DNA of 61,940 nucleotides, filler included, from Basidiobolus ranarum (GCA_040143965.1; 12 parts of 12 records of this genome joined end to end with filler, not necessarily neighbours in it), one strand, 5' to 3'. Shown: positions 1-13,741, numbered from the whole stretch's first letter. Notes: generated by a model from the letters alone, not told the origin. Translations and numbers: made by a program.

Positions 1-692
1 TTCAAAGTGTTGAAATTAGTCCCAAAGGTAAAGGCAAGCAAAAAGCCGCACAAACACCACAAAGCACCCTCAGTAGTGTCACACTACAAGGATGTACAAA
101 AATAGTCAAAGTGCTTGAGGAGTATTTTCAAAAGTATGAAGGGAAAAACACAATGCAAGTATGCAGAAAGTGGCTTCAGAAGAAGAACATTCAACTTGAC
201 ATTCAGTCTGGTGTTGACTATGCAGATATCTGGGAAGAACTTAATACAGAGTGGCACAATATTGCAGGGTATCCGCCAGATAGCTGGAAGAATGTTGATT
301 CAGTAACATTACTACAATGGTTGGCTTTGATGGAGACATTGATACAAACTTGTGTTGTATATGAGCTAAACCTTGGGTATGAAGAACTCTATAATAATAT
401 TCAGGAGAATATATCAAAGAAACTAGGGATTTCAAAGTGACAAATTAGCACTCAAGTAGTAAATGTGTAAAATTTGAGTTATTTTTTTGCACATGTGTTG
501 ATCCATAGCTTTCTAAGATTCTAGCCAATCATGTGCTACCATTTTGCAAGATCTTGAAATTTCACTGCTGAAAGTGAAAAAATTGATTAAAATCAAATCT
601 AACTTGACCATTTTATGATGGTAAGTAAATGGTCAATCAAAAATGGATTAAAATTGTGATGGTTTTCTTACAATAACAATCCTCAAATTTCT
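1..692 (+). mobile_element. Unclassified multicopy coding repeat ('family X'), 3' part including 109-codon ORF 111-440
   Basis: Aligns by eye with the reverse complement of ~54012-54705 on another contig; ORFs 111-440 and 54257-54595 translate to near-identical proteins; nearly CpG-free. Confidence 0.75.
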
Positions 693-739
693 CTTAGGGA
701 AAATGAAGTACAGGGCTTGATAACTGGAAGGGCAGAAGT

Positions 740-880
740 CATAGAGAGATATCAAGACAAATTCCCTGGATAGCAAACAGAGTTTCTACTTAAAGGAGAT
801 TTAGACCATGCCATTGATGCAAGAGATTGGGTACTTTTCTGCAAAGCGCTAATCATATGAATCCCTTGGAGTTGCAAAAA
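740..880 (+). mobile_element. Possible Ty3/gypsy protease-RT linker remnant
   Basis: Translates with a stop and frameshift to EVIERYQDKFPG*...DLDHAIDARD...MNPLELQK, resembling the gypsy 'DHxIDT...YRMSPLEL' linker. Confidence 0.35.
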
Positions 881-1951
881 TCACATTGATCACCGTTGAG
901 TTTGCTAGGAGATATTTTTTGCCTGCAACAAAGTTATAGCTTTTTTCAGCGCATCTTGTACAAGTTTTTCCTTTTATGATTGTGTACTTTTTGTCTTTAT
1001 AGGATACCTTGAGAATGTTTCATACAATGGTAAAAGAATGTGTTAGATACTTGTTTTAATATGCACCAACATGGAAAAGGCTTACATTGAGGCAGCTTTA
1101 TTCATAGACAAAATATAATTGAGAATATATTGTATACATAATGTATCTTTTAGAATAGAATATGCTGAAAATAGATAGGCTAAATTTTTATTAGAGTCCG
1201 GGTTACACTTCCAAGACAATGTCCATAACTTAATTCTCCAGTACTGGAAAATTTATGTGGCTTGATAAATGATCACTAGAACATTGATTACTATATATTC
1301 ATAACACTTAAGTTATTAGTAGAGTGCATGCTTTAGTCTCTTTTTGCAATAATCCTAAGAGAACCAAGATCTGTAGTTGTAATTCGTTTTCTGTAAATAG
1401 TTTTCGATTGTATATGGTTCTTGAATATATGTACACGGAACTACATCGTTACAACTCGTTGGCGAAAATTGAAAATGATGCTGCCATCAACGGATTACCA
1501 CAGGCACGAATTGGTGACCTGTTGTCAGCTCTAAAGAATAATAATAAGATATAGAGCCTGAGGGGGGTTCTTTCAGAGTAAAGAAAAAGGCGCAAGAAAA
1601 GATGGTAACAGAAGTATGAGTTTGAGTTCACAAGAATCTTCGTGTAGACTACACTACCCCAGGAAGAATTTAGCTCACTTTGAGATTTGAAAACTTACTA
1701 AATATTGTATATTATAGCTTTAAGCTTCGAGAGATTTAGGTAGCCAGTAGTGAACCTATTTAGGATTTAGAGGATATAGGGAGCAAAGAAGCTGCAACGA
1801 AAACTATTAACCTACGAGATGCTTCACTGCTGAAGAGTGACAACAGCAATATTCAAACTCTTCCATGGATAGAGATTTGGTGCTGTTGCTCATACAGCCA
1901 ATACACCCTTCAGAGTCACGAACCTGTTCTATGCACTACCAAGATATCGTA

Positions 1952-2231
1952 TAGGATTTTACTCTAAAATTAGACAATGTCAGTACTTTTTTTAGACGAA
2001 TCAAAATTGATTTTTAGACGCTTTACTTATCCTCTCACACATCACTAGTGTACGGTTATATGTAGTTAATGAAGTTGTAAATTAATGCCAACAATAATGT
2101 CTGAAAAAGAACCCAGTTTGTCTCAAAAATAAAATTCTTGCAAACGTCTCAAAAATGTGAATCGTCTATTTTGAATTTTCAGAGCATCTCAAATAGGATT
2201 TCCAATCGTCTCATTTTAGAGTAGAACACTG
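1952..2231. mobile_element. MITE-like non-autonomous DNA element (~280 bp)
   Basis: Imperfect ~28-bp terminal inverted repeats (TAGGATTTTACTCTAAAATTAGAC vs revcomp CAGTGTTCTACTCTAAAATGAGAC), TA on both flanks, subterminal TTTTAGACG / CGTCTCAAAA motifs in opposite orientation. Confidence 0.6.
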
Positions 2232-4305
2232 TAAGCAAGAGCCTGGATTACTAAATCTACAGCCATTCTCATTGGTGAAATTCAAATGATGATAAAACTC
2301 ATAGATTCTAGACTACGAGATTTTGCAAGCATCTGACTACAAGATGGAAACTTTGATTGGCTGAGCTATATAGCAACAAGCATGGAGCGAGCAGACTTTT
2401 AATCCATTGCACACATATGATCTAAGAGCTTCATCTGAGAACCCACTGAAGGTGACACTCATGATGTCAAGTATACATTTTCACCAGGGAGGACACTGTC
2501 GTAATTCAGCCTTGACCCTACATCGTGTGTAAGCAGATATATATCATGACTGTGCCTAAAAAACTGGGTTATTACACAACCAGTTTCCATATATATGCGG
2601 CCCACTAGAGCTTATAGGCTTGTTATTTAATACGTGATTCTGTAGATAAATTTTGAATGCACCCGCCACACAATCGATGAGGCGTAGACGGCTCCATGGA
2701 GCTCGGCCTATTGAAAGGACTCTGGGAAAGTAAGAGCATTTGAAAAGCAACGTATCAGTCTAACACGATATGATGATATACTAGCTAAGTAGTTAGTGAA
2801 ACCAAATATGCCTCTGGCTAACGTAGCACAAAAATAGGTCTACTGGTCCATTTGATAAACATACAACAACGATGAATTTCTGTCATGCAATGATGAATTT
2901 TCGCAGAATACACGCGTCAACCATTTAGACATATCCCAAAGTCAATTACTCTGGTATATGCAAATTAAGGAGACTAATTCAACATTTCGAAATTGAGAGT
3001 GCGTAGGTATATCAAAGCCGTTAACCATTACATCCCAGGTAGATAAGGCTTTATTGAACGAGAAATTTGCAAGAATAGTGGAATTTAATAAGAAAGCTGG
3101 TTGACTATCTAGTTAAAATTTCTCTTGATTATGTACGAAGGAGTAATCACAAAAGCTCACCGTCTTTCTTACTGGTATCATTCTCCTCGTCCTGTTTGTT
3201 TCCGCTTTACCTGAGTTCCCAATCACTGAATGGAAATGTGGATGTGGCTTAATATAAGCCATGTACTCGAGCTGCTTTAGGATGTTCTGATTCATAACAA
3301 GGGAAAATGGCGAAGCGTGGGAATCATGACTCAGGTCTCAATCCCGACTCCATGGTGGTAGATTTTTGTGTGCATCCAATCTGTGCTTCGAGTTACTCCC
3401 GCCATCCAACAACCGACAAGTAAGGGAATAAAATGATGGTAGCCCTAAAATGGTCAAGCCATTTCCTTATATGTTGTAAAATGAGCAATGCTTCCAATAT
3501 ACTAAACGGATAGGGAGGTTGCGATGATTTGCTCATTTTGAAGTTAATCATGAAATAGCGATCTTCCAGTTCACTAGGATGTGAAATTTTCGTTCAATTA
3601 GGGTCCATACCCTAAACTGCGCATCGGCAACAACCAATCACTGTTACCAATTTGATTGCAATGGTCTATATCTGGTATGACAGCGGAGTTGAAGTAATAG
3701 ATGCATGATTACTGGCAATCAAGAATTTGTGTTCCCATCACTTATACCATTGCCAACACCAACACTCCTATTTGCAGATATGAGTCAGATTCAACGTTGA
3801 TAAGATATGTCTGGTAATTCCGAAATACCTTTGGGCGATTCTTCTACCGGATGTTGTTCATCTGGAGCAAATCCCAAGAATCTTGTCATGGAATTTAGCG
3901 TGAGGAAGTGGACCCAAACATTGGGGCACAGAGGACTCAATCGTGTCTTGTGTGACCCTACGGTATTGGTAAGAGTCTTGAGGGCTCAACCATAATATTA
4001 GTCAACATGGTAACAATGCTAGATTGAGGAATGATGGCAAATGCTGCCCAACTACCTCATAATTTGAATGCACATTCTATATCGAGAATCTTCCGGACTT
4101 CAATCACAGTTCATGAATCTTAAGGATACATCTAGATTTGGTTTGAGACCATACTAAGGAATAAACATCCAAAGGTTAGCGCAATCTTCGACCGAAAACT
4201 CATTTAAATGCTGTTGGTCCCGCGAGAAAAAAAATCACTTCACTCGCTTTTCTTCGAGTATCATATATTTAGTAAATTCCTTTAGTAAACAGTATTTAAG
4301 TGTAA

Positions 4306-5083
4306 ATGGAGCAGATCGAAAACCAAACACCGATTCCCCTTCCTTCTCGAAGCACAGAAAGCACTAAATCCGTCGTTACATTGGTCGTCGACCCTGAGGA
4401 ACAGAAATCTTCTAACAATGAGAAAGTTTTTGTTGAATCTGACGATGATGATGAGTATCCTGAAGGAAGTCGTGGCTGGTTGGTGGTCGCTGGTGGTCTT
4501 CTCATTCATGTTGTCATTTTTGGTATCCAAAATACCTTCGGTATCTTCCAGGAGTACTATACCAATGTTATTTTTTCCAAATCGAGTCCTGCCTCTATTT
4601 CTCTAATCGGTACTCTTGGAGCAGGGATTCTAGCTTTTCTAACCTCAATCACGGGTAATCTGGCCGATCGCTTTGGCTACAAAACTACAATCAATCTCGG
4701 CGCTGTTATTATTGCCGGAGGTTTAGTTTGTGCTTCTTTTTGCACAGAGGTCTGGCAATTAATTCTTACCCAGGGAGTGATTTATGGTGTCGGGGCATCG
4801 CTCTGTTATCCTCCAGCAATTAGTGCACCACCTCAGTGGTTTTTCAAAAGAAGAGGTCTTGCCACTGGCATCGCTGTATCTGGCTCTGGCGTTGGTGGTT
4901 TGATACTTAGCCCAGTGACCCAAGCATTAATAAAGTCATTAGGCTATAGATGGGCTTTGCGAGTGTTGGCAATTTACGCCCTGATCTTCTTGATAATTAG
5001 TTCTTATCTAATCAAAAGAAGGTCATTCCCCAAACAGCGATCTGGAAGCAAGGACCTAGATTTCTTTAAGACCTTGAAATTCT
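4306..5083 (+). CDS. MFS transporter, monocarboxylate porter (MCH4/MCH5-like) family, 3' truncated by contig end
   Basis: YPEGSRGWLVV, FGIFQEYY, GNLADRFG, QGVIYGVG, QWFFKRRGLATGIAVSGSGVGG motifs; six hydrophobic helices; runs into N spacer. Confidence 0.92.
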
Positions 5084-5183
5084 NNNNNNNNNNNNNNNNN
5101 NNNNNNNNNNNNNNNNNNNNNNNNNNNTTAATTAATTAANNNNNNNNNNNNNNNNNNNNNNNNNNNNNNNNNNNNNNNNNNNN
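5084..5183. other. Artificial contig spacer N44-TTAATTAATTAA-N44 (first of 11)
   Basis: Identical 100-nt spacers at 5084, 10264, 15443, 20619, 25794, 30966, 36133, 41300, 46465, 51628, 56789; core has stops in all six frames; contig lengths fall from 5083 to 5052. Confidence 0.98.
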
Positions 5184-5730
5184 AAGTGCCAGTCTCTCGG
5201 TTGAAACTTTGACCTCTACTGTCACCGATACTGTAGTCGAAACCATTACACCTCCTGCGTCTGTTGTTTCTCATTCCGGTGCCCCTGCGTCGGTCAAGAC
5301 CCACGCTCCAGTTGAGTCTACCCACCTCGCCACCAGAATTGAAACTAAGTTTGTCACCAAGGAAATCATTGACAACCGTTCCGGCAAACCTGTAGCTACC
5401 TCCATCCTCCCTGCTAAACCCACCGAAACCATGGGTGAGCATTCTGCCAAGGGTCACAACGCCAGTGGTGGTGTTCCTCATCATGAAAGTGCCAGTCTCT
5501 CGGTTGAAACTTTGACCTCCACTGTTACTGATACTGTAGTCGAAACCATTACTCCTCCCGCTTCCGTTATTTCTCGTTCTGGTGGCTCCGCAACAGTCAA
5601 GACCTATGCTCCTGTAGAGTCTACTCGTTATGCCACCAGAACCGAAACCAAGTATGTAACCAAGGAAATCATTGACAACAGTTCAGGAGAGCCTATTGCG
5701 ACTTCCTATATTTCCGCCTCACCTACCGAA
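5184..5730 (+). repeat. In-frame 303-nt (101-aa) tandem repeat
   Basis: AAGTGCCAGTCTCTCGGTTGAAACTTTGACCTC at 5184 and 5487; unit TSTVTDTVVETITPPASV...TKEIIDN repeated. Confidence 0.9.
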
Positions 5731-6510
5731 TCCCATGGTATTCAATCTGATGAGAACAAAGTAAATGGAAGTAACAGTCGCACTAAAGTGTCCAATCGTA
5801 CGGCGTCGACTGTTTCGGCACATCAAAACCCCTCAGTAACCGTTGACCGTAGTCCTGCTGAACGTAAGCCTTCCGCGTACCATGGGCAAAATTCCGAGCA
5901 TCCCCAATCAACTGAAAATAGAGGTAAACCTGCGGAAACTCGTGGTCCCAAATCTCAGAAGCAATTACCAGCGCAATCCGTTGGTCCAAACTCTGAAGTC
6001 CCCAAGGCTTCTATAAATGAAAGTCACCATTCTGACTCTGTTCAACACAAGCCTACTGGTGCCCATGATCATAACTCTGAGGAGCAAAAGCCTACTGTCA
6101 CTACTGGTTATAACCCTGTCGATCACAAGCCCACTGAATCAAAGGGACCCCACTCTCACCAGAACCAGTCTGTTGAAACTCATGACCACAAATCTTCTGC
6201 AGATGTTAAACCTACTGTAACAGTTACTGCCACAGTTAAGGCTACTGTTGTTCATGAAATTACAGTTACTGCTATGCGCACTGTTACGGTCAAAGATCAA
6301 TGTGTTCCTACTACCGTCACTGTTCGTGATGTTAGTGCTACACCTGGACCAACTGGTGAAAAATGTATTGATGGCCACTATGAGTGTGCTGACTCCGGTA
6401 TTTCTACCAAGTTCAGTGTTTGCTCTAACGGCAAGACCTATCAGTACAATTGTGCTGCCGGTACGGTTTGTAGATCATTCAAGGATTCCATCATTTGTGA
6501 TTGGGCTTAG
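5184..6510 (+). CDS. Ser/Thr/His-rich cell-surface protein with C-terminal CBM19-like chitin-binding module, 5' truncated
   Basis: Frame open from contig start; low-complexity stalk; ends with a six-Cys module CIDGHYEC...FSVCSNG...CAAGTVC...ICDWA typical of fungal CBM19. Confidence 0.85.
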
Positions 6511-9500
6511 ATGTTGAAATTAGTATTGAAGAAATAGAAGGGTAGATTCGATGTTTATTAGACGGGAATGTCCCATTCTTCCCAATAGAAACCCCATAGA
6601 TATATTTAAATAAATCACCCCTCTTCAAAGTAAAGCTATTCTCATGTTTCGTTTATTTTAAATTTTTTTGATGTCTTTAAGATTTGCATCCATTGTTCCT
6701 TTGGATGACAAGTTTGGTTAAAATTGACAATATGGTGTACATGGTACTGACCCTAGACATCAACTCCACAATAAACCAAAATAACCCAGGCGGATGGTAG
6801 TTGATACCATCTGCATTCCTACCCACCTCCCGATAGTGGCTGGTAATCCTCATCGCGCGGATGACCATTAATATGTAATGTTTATATCACCAATCATGAT
6901 TCCTACGTTGATATGTATTTGGAGGCGATTACATACGAAGTACTTTTGTGATAAGCTTCTGGCCGGGAATGGATAATAACCATTCACTGAGAATTCATAC
7001 TGCAATAAAGCGAGCGGCGAACCTGTCCAGACAAGCCAAACCTAACAATCAGACATGCTTACATTTTCTAGAATGATCGAGATCGCATTAATGGAACGTC
7101 ATCACTTAACCAAAGACAATGGCTTTTTTGATTTCGAATTAGAGTGACATTCCAATACCAGGCATATCCAATTTGGCGATCACCAATGATATGCCTTAAT
7201 TCAGTTGTTTTTCAAATTGATATCCATTTCCATGATGAATTTTTCTTGATGGACGTAGTGACATTACGAATTTGGAAGATTGCCTTTTGAATTTCTATTG
7301 CCATTATTAGCCAATCATTTTGATTGGTTAGATTGCTCATTTTGATTAGTTCGGTTGATCATTTTGATTAGTTCGGTTGCTCCGTCAGTGGAGGCTCTTG
7401 TAATGTCGGAACTTCCAAATATACTCTTTTGGAGTACTTCATGTCCATATCGGTCCAATCTTTTGCCACTTCCATTTATGTAATGTGTCCAAATCCTGAA
7501 ATGATTGTTCGGGGAATATATTTCTCTATTTCAGAAGGTTGCTATATTTTCCGAGTGGTCCAATTAACTCCGATCTACCTTGCTATGATGCCGTTTCTGC
7601 GAACCTATTGCGTTTCCTTTTTTATGGAAAAAGAATGGTTTATCAGAAGCCCTTGCGTCACATGCTGAAAATCTCCATTGTTATGATCTCAATCAATTAG
7701 GGCTCACCTTGATATTTTACGGATGTTGGTAGCTAACATGAACTAACAAGTCTAGTCGGATATTATTAGTCCTGGGTAAATGCGATGGTGGAGGTATTAA
7801 AGGTGATTGGATGAGTTAGATACCAAAGTTCGGCCTAGTTTAGCATGATTCATCTCATAAAAAAGTGCCCTAACTATATCGCCAACCCATTTTACCTCAT
7901 GCCCAATGTCAACTGATAACGCAATAACGTATGTTAGGGGCGGACCTGGAAACATATGTACGAAAATTGGGGTCATAGAGATTGTGGCATACTTAGAGTG
8001 CATTCAAATTCAAGCAAAACTTAAAGATGGATGAGCTGGCGAGGAAATATGGTGGAGAAGTTACACCACAATGATCCCTCTCAAAACAAAAATAGATAAA
8101 CCAAGCCCAACGTACTTAACTATAAAGATTACATCCCAGTTGGAGGTGAATTGAAACAGTCTACAATCAAACGATGGTTTCGCTAGCAAAATAGTCTGGC
8201 TGCTTGTGCTTTGAGACTTTAATTATTATTATTAAGGTTATGCCTATCATTCATCAGCTCAATTATTGAGTGCCAACTTGATACACGTTCTTTGGATAAG
8301 CAGCAGACATGGAGCTGTTATTGAACGAGTCCACATGAAAAGCTAAGAGCCATTCGAGTGAGTTATCGTCGTTATCCACCTAGATATTCATAAATTAAAT
8401 TCTTTATTTATTAAAAGTATAATTCTCAAGTAGTTCATTGTCGCACAATCATTTTCAACTCATTCTAAACGCCAAAAACTCCTTCCACAGTATTTTATAT
8501 ATCTTAGAGGCACATTATTGCTAATCATATTGTATTATCTTTGATATTCTTATCTATATGTAGAGAGCTATGCGCAACAACGTCCACAGTAAACCAAATT
8601 CTTGGTTCTAGGCGCTTAACTGTATCTGTGGGCTATATTTCACTAAGCATCCTTGATGTCCGGAATGGCATGCAAAGTGTAGTAGTTGCAATATTTAGTT
8701 ATTAATGATGATTAGACTGCCAAGTTACTTTAGTTTGGAAAACTCACTAGGATTGCTTAACAAAATATGATCTCAAAAAAAAAATATTCAAGTAGACCTC
8801 AATATATTTAGTGGTGTTGATTTTCCAAACAATGAACGAGTTGAAATTGGATCATAAGTATTGCATATACACTATCGCTTAAAACTGATTCACTTTTTTG
8901 CATACATTTTTTCAGATGATAATATCTCGTCATTTACTACATGTTTTAACGTGCTATTTGTCACACTGATTAAGCAGGGTCCAAATGATAGTTCTCTATG
9001 TTATGAAGGTGAATCCACCAAGCTTGGTGATATTATACACACTTATATTCAGTGCAGTGAGTGAATCAGTTTTGAGCCATGTTTTTTACACTAAAATTAT
9101 ACAGTATCACCTATATTTCTAAATTCTACATTATATAAGAGCCAAATTTTTAACAGTATGGCTTTAGCCAAGGTCATTACATGTCTCGTATAAACCTTGC
9201 TGGCTAGCACCGAGTTAATCTCTGATCATCAAAAAATGTTGGAAAGGTGCTTAACAAAGTAGCAGAAGTTCCTTATGTTAAAATTTCACATATTGACACC
9301 CATTTTAACTTCATATATCTACTACTGCTTTTCAGCCATCCATACATTAAACATCACTTCTGAAATAATATTTTCCTCCAACATCTTCATGGTTTGCCAC
9401 AAGTTGATAAAAAATAATTTCTGTTTAAAAATAAAACTTGAAAGAGCTATGTTCTGTGTCCCTTTTAATGCAAATATTTGCACCAAAATGAACTCCATTC

Positions 9501-9766
9501 AATTAATCATCCACAACAGCTTGACAGATGGTATACAAGCTAATTGAATGGAATGAGGTGGCACCAAAATCTTTTAAAATTGGGAGCAAAAGCTAGTGGA
9601 ACTAAAATCTTACACTTGCACATCTGGTATCATTGAAACTTAAAAATATGAGTCTGGCATGTACATGAATACTAAATTTTATGTTTGGCCTAACGGTTGC
9701 TGAACCATTAATGTAATATTGGAGATTTGAAATTCAGGAGTGTATTCGATACTCCGATGAAATATC

Positions 9767-10080
9767 GGTTGAGGTATTTTGAGAGTTGTTGAAAGTGACT
9801 TGGAGAGCTAGAAGAACTGGTGGTATCACTTACTGATTTATTGAGTGCAGGTTGATATTTATACTTTTGTCAAGAATTAGATAAGCTAATATGTAGAGGG
9901 TCCCAGGAACATGTGTACCAAGTTTGGGGTCTTTTCGACAAGTTGGAGAAAGTCATGTAATCTGAAAACTTTCAGGTTGGTAAAGATATTTCAAGTACAT
10001 TCTGAATACAGATATTGAATAATAACATGGTGCTAGCTATATAACTATATAGATACTTCATTACCTAAAATAATCAAGAG
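9767..10080 (-). mobile_element. Degenerate copia LTR, family 2
   Basis: Similar to 20764-21111 (TTTATTGAGT, TTTTGTCAA, GGTCCCAG, AAGTTTGGGG, TTGGTAAA blocks); ends approximate. Confidence 0.65.
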
Positions 10081-11049
10081 ATGGGATTACTACTTGCAAA
10101 ACCAATAAAGTTTGACACTGCAGAGCATATACCATGGTTTTATACGCCCTATCCACTCACTAGAGGCCTATAGCCACATACACACATACCAAATTGGTAA
10201 GAACCTATATCATTCTTGCACACTGACAACTTTGAAATTCAGCTAACCTTAACAATCTTAGTTNNNNNNNNNNNNNNNNNNNNNNNNNNNNNNNNNNNNN
10301 NNNNNNNTTAATTAATTAANNNNNNNNNNNNNNNNNNNNNNNNNNNNNNNNNNNNNNNNNNNNGTGATTTACTGTTTGGTTAGACTGCATGTCTGATTGA
10401 CAAATGATGGTCATTACTGATTCAAATACAGTAGCAATATATAGCTAAGATGCACAGACGCGCTTACTTGAAGACACAGCCCAGATCCAATTAATGCATC
10501 ATCAACAGACTTTGTGGCAATCCATTTCATTTAATAGAACCTGTCGGCATATGCATGCCTTGCTCACACTGAGGCTGGCTTTGAGTAATGTTGATGGCGA
10601 AATGATTCCGAGCACATCTCCTTAATCCCAGACAACATGTTACCGCTACCCCAGAGGCACACTCTTATTCGCACCCTTATATTTCCCATTGCTACATATC
10701 CATCTGTTCCTTAACACATGAGCAGCTGATCTAACAAATCACTCTATCAAGGCTATTGTATGATTTCAACCACACAATTAGACTTAGTCATCAAATGGTG
10801 TCGTAATGCGAAATTGAGCCAGTGGCCTTTCACGTATATAATGTAACTTGGGGATACTCGTTTATTAGTCAGTAAATTAGATATATTATATATATACATG
10901 TGATATTGGCTCAGAATCATATTTTATATCTTGAAGGGAATATTGAGGCCTGGGAAATATTCGGGAGCAATGATGTTTAGAAGGCGGGCAGCGTAGCTGT
11001 CTCTTCACTTTGAACTAAACATTTCTTGATAATCAACTTGTACGTAAAT

Positions 11050-11494
11050 ATGGCCGATAATACCATTACCCAACGCTCCGTACCTGAGGATTCCACTCGC
11101 CCTCAACCTTCAGCTGAGAACAATCAGGTTAACAGACCTCTCAACAAGAATAACAAGGCCATAATCATCTTGGTATTTGTACTTACTTCATTGACGAACT
11201 CCCGTCTTACTAGAGGATTCTTGGCTAGAGTGTTAAAAATAAAAGGTACTTAAGATCCGGAGTCTTATAAAAACACCCAATTCATTAAAATGTTTCTGCG
11301 TTTTAGGTACGCTTCTTGGAGGGCCATGGATCTATCGACTTGTGTATGTTTTAGTTACACTACATTTATACCCATTTGTAATTTTGTTCTGGGGCTCTTT
11401 GTTTAATCATCGTAGCTATTTTGCTCGGGTGGTGGTCAAAAGATATGGAAAAATTATGCCTCTCAGCCTCAAAGCCAAACTTCTTGCTTTGTAA
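11050..11494 (+). CDS. Small membrane protein (127 aa, 2 exons: 11050-11245, 11307-11494), DUF6787-like
   Basis: 61-nt GTACTT..TTTTAG intron joins ...LKIKG to TLLGGPWIYRLVYVLVTLHLYPFVILFWGSLFNHRSYFARVVVKRYGKIMP...; two hydrophobic segments; family name is from memory of the motif. Confidence 0.7.
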
Positions 11495-12781
11495 ATCTCC
11501 AGTATTTTCATGAGTTCTCGGGACAATAAAGTTCTAACTTCCCTCTGAAAAATGAAACACATTTAAAGTACATCACACGAAGTAATGGTATTGATGTACC
11601 AGTCTGATTACTTAAAAATGCATTAGTGAATGATAATCAAGTTACGGAAGGATCAGCATGAAGGCTGGAGATGGATGGTTTCCTCTTTATTATATATCGC
11701 TGTTTGAAGAACTCAATCTATGAGTATGTATTGGCGACTTGTGTTGTATGCCGATATTAAAATACTAAGTAATCAAAGCTAAATGTGCATATGGGTGTTT
11801 AGATCAATCTACCATCAAAAGAGCATTCCAATAGAATTTTGATTAGTCTAGGATTGTGTAGAAATCTCCAGTCAAGATGCTTGGTGACTTGCTCTTTATT
11901 GATTGTGATGAGGGATAGATTATTAGAGCGTACCATAGATTTATCATGAACAGATGCTTGACCTCCATATGGCAGAAATCAGATCAAGAATACTCGATAT
12001 CGACAAGTCACGATCGTATAGCGTGTCATGCACACCCTTTGGACAAACAGCAACCTGCTTACAGATTGGAACTCTTGCAAGAATGGCCAGAGATTGGTTT
12101 GCTCATGAGATCAGAAAACCATAGATTTGGATACCGTTACTTGCCCAAACAGCCATGGAACAAGCTGCTTTCTCTCGTCATTAGTGGAAAATTCACGTCA
12201 ATTTCCACAATATTTGCAAGAACTGCGGACGGCATGATCACCAATTTGGACCAGCACAGAATTTCGCCGACTTGAATCGCCAATCGTGGTTTCGTCAACA
12301 GAGCGTAGGAATTGTCAAATGGCACACTGGGTTTTCAATCGAACTAATCTTACGTTTACTCGAAGCATCAGTACCGAAATTAGCGATCTACGATTGACAG
12401 GCAACTTTCGTATCATTGGTCACATTGCCTAGAAATCAAACATTTGAGTCATCGATGTTCGTTGGATCGAGTAGATTACTCTCAAATATTCGATCTGTGC
12501 GTTTCCCCTTTTCAGCCTTTCAGTAAAATGCTGAATTTATATGGTATATATGACCAATTAGATTCATTGGCTATCGGCCTCTAGTGTATTTATGTATGCT
12601 TTGTTTGGCATATAAAGGTCACAAGGGACTCATTGCTACATCATATAATCCTTACTTTGCTACCATATTTTCTTTACGTAGCTTTCTTTACCCTTTCCTG
12701 TTGCGAGCTTTGACCAAAAAATCACGTATCTCCAAATAATAGCACCTATCGATAGATAACTAGCATTTCTGAACACATTTC

Positions 12782-13741
12782 ATGATGTCCATCATGAGTG
12801 AAGTTGAAAACGTTCTCAGTCCGTTGACTTTACAATCCAATATTCAAGATACTTTGAAATATTTTATCTGCCCCATGTGCTCACAACTTTTTGAGCATCC
12901 TGTTACCCTACCATGCGGGTTCACCATGTGTTTCAAATGTCTACCCAGAGCACAAGATTGCGAGTTAGTCCGGTTTGCTTGTCCAGTCACCCAATGCCCA
13001 CAAAAAGTTCATACTCTATATGAAGCCCACATCGATGTTACGATCGTAAAGGTTTTGGAAGCATGTGTCAAAACATCATCGATACTTCTTCGACAAGCTT
13101 TGTATGAGCAAGATTGGCTTGATTCATGTAGTTCAGTCTCTGATTCATCGGAAGAAAGTCACTGTGAATTTTCTCTTCAAGGAAACATCGAGGAGCATAT
13201 ACTAGATGAATTAGAGTGCCAAGTATGCTATATGCTTCTTCTCGAACCGATAACTACTCAATGTGGCCATACTTTCTGCAAGGAATGTCTACTACGCTCA
13301 GCCGACCACAGCGACAAGTGTCCAATCTGTCGTCACAAACTCCCAGATTGCATCTCATTATCCAACCAGCCTCAAAATTGGCTTCTACATAACCTAATCA
13401 AGAGCAGCTTTCCTCAATTAGTGGAGAAAAGACAAATGGCTATTGCGATAGAAAAACAGGAGGCCATGGGTGATACCCCACTATTCGTTTGTGCACTCGT
13501 ATTTCCCAATATGCCATGCCATCTTCATATCTTCGAACCTAAGTATCGTCTCATGATTCGCAGGTGCCTTGAATCAAAGCAAAAAAGATTCGGCATGATG
13601 CTGCCTGGTCGTCGTGGATTACCATTCATGGAGTATGGAACTATGCTTGAAATCAAATCTGTTGAAACTTTACCTGACGGCCGTTCATTAGTAAATACGA
13701 ATGGGCTATATCGTTTTCGCAGGATAAGCCACAGGAAATAA
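12782..13741 (+). pseudogene. RING-RING-LON substrate-binding domain protein (LONRF / Mucor CrgA-like E3 ligase), truncated in the LON domain at ~13719
   Basis: Atypical RING (CPMC..PVTLPCGFTMCFKC), canonical RING (CQVC..CGHTFCKEC..CPIC), LON-N start (PLFVCALVFPNMPCHLHIFEPKYRLMIRRC...YGTMLEI...DGRS); last ~7 codons come from family X sequence. Confidence 0.85.

Noticed and set aside
7338-7380. 22-bp tandem duplication (CATTTTGATTAGTTCGGTTG twice)
   Set aside because: Two units only; ordinary slippage with no supporting context
11946-12275. 109-aa ORF upstream of the RING-LON gene
   Set aside because: No recognisable motif or compositional support; probably a chance ORF
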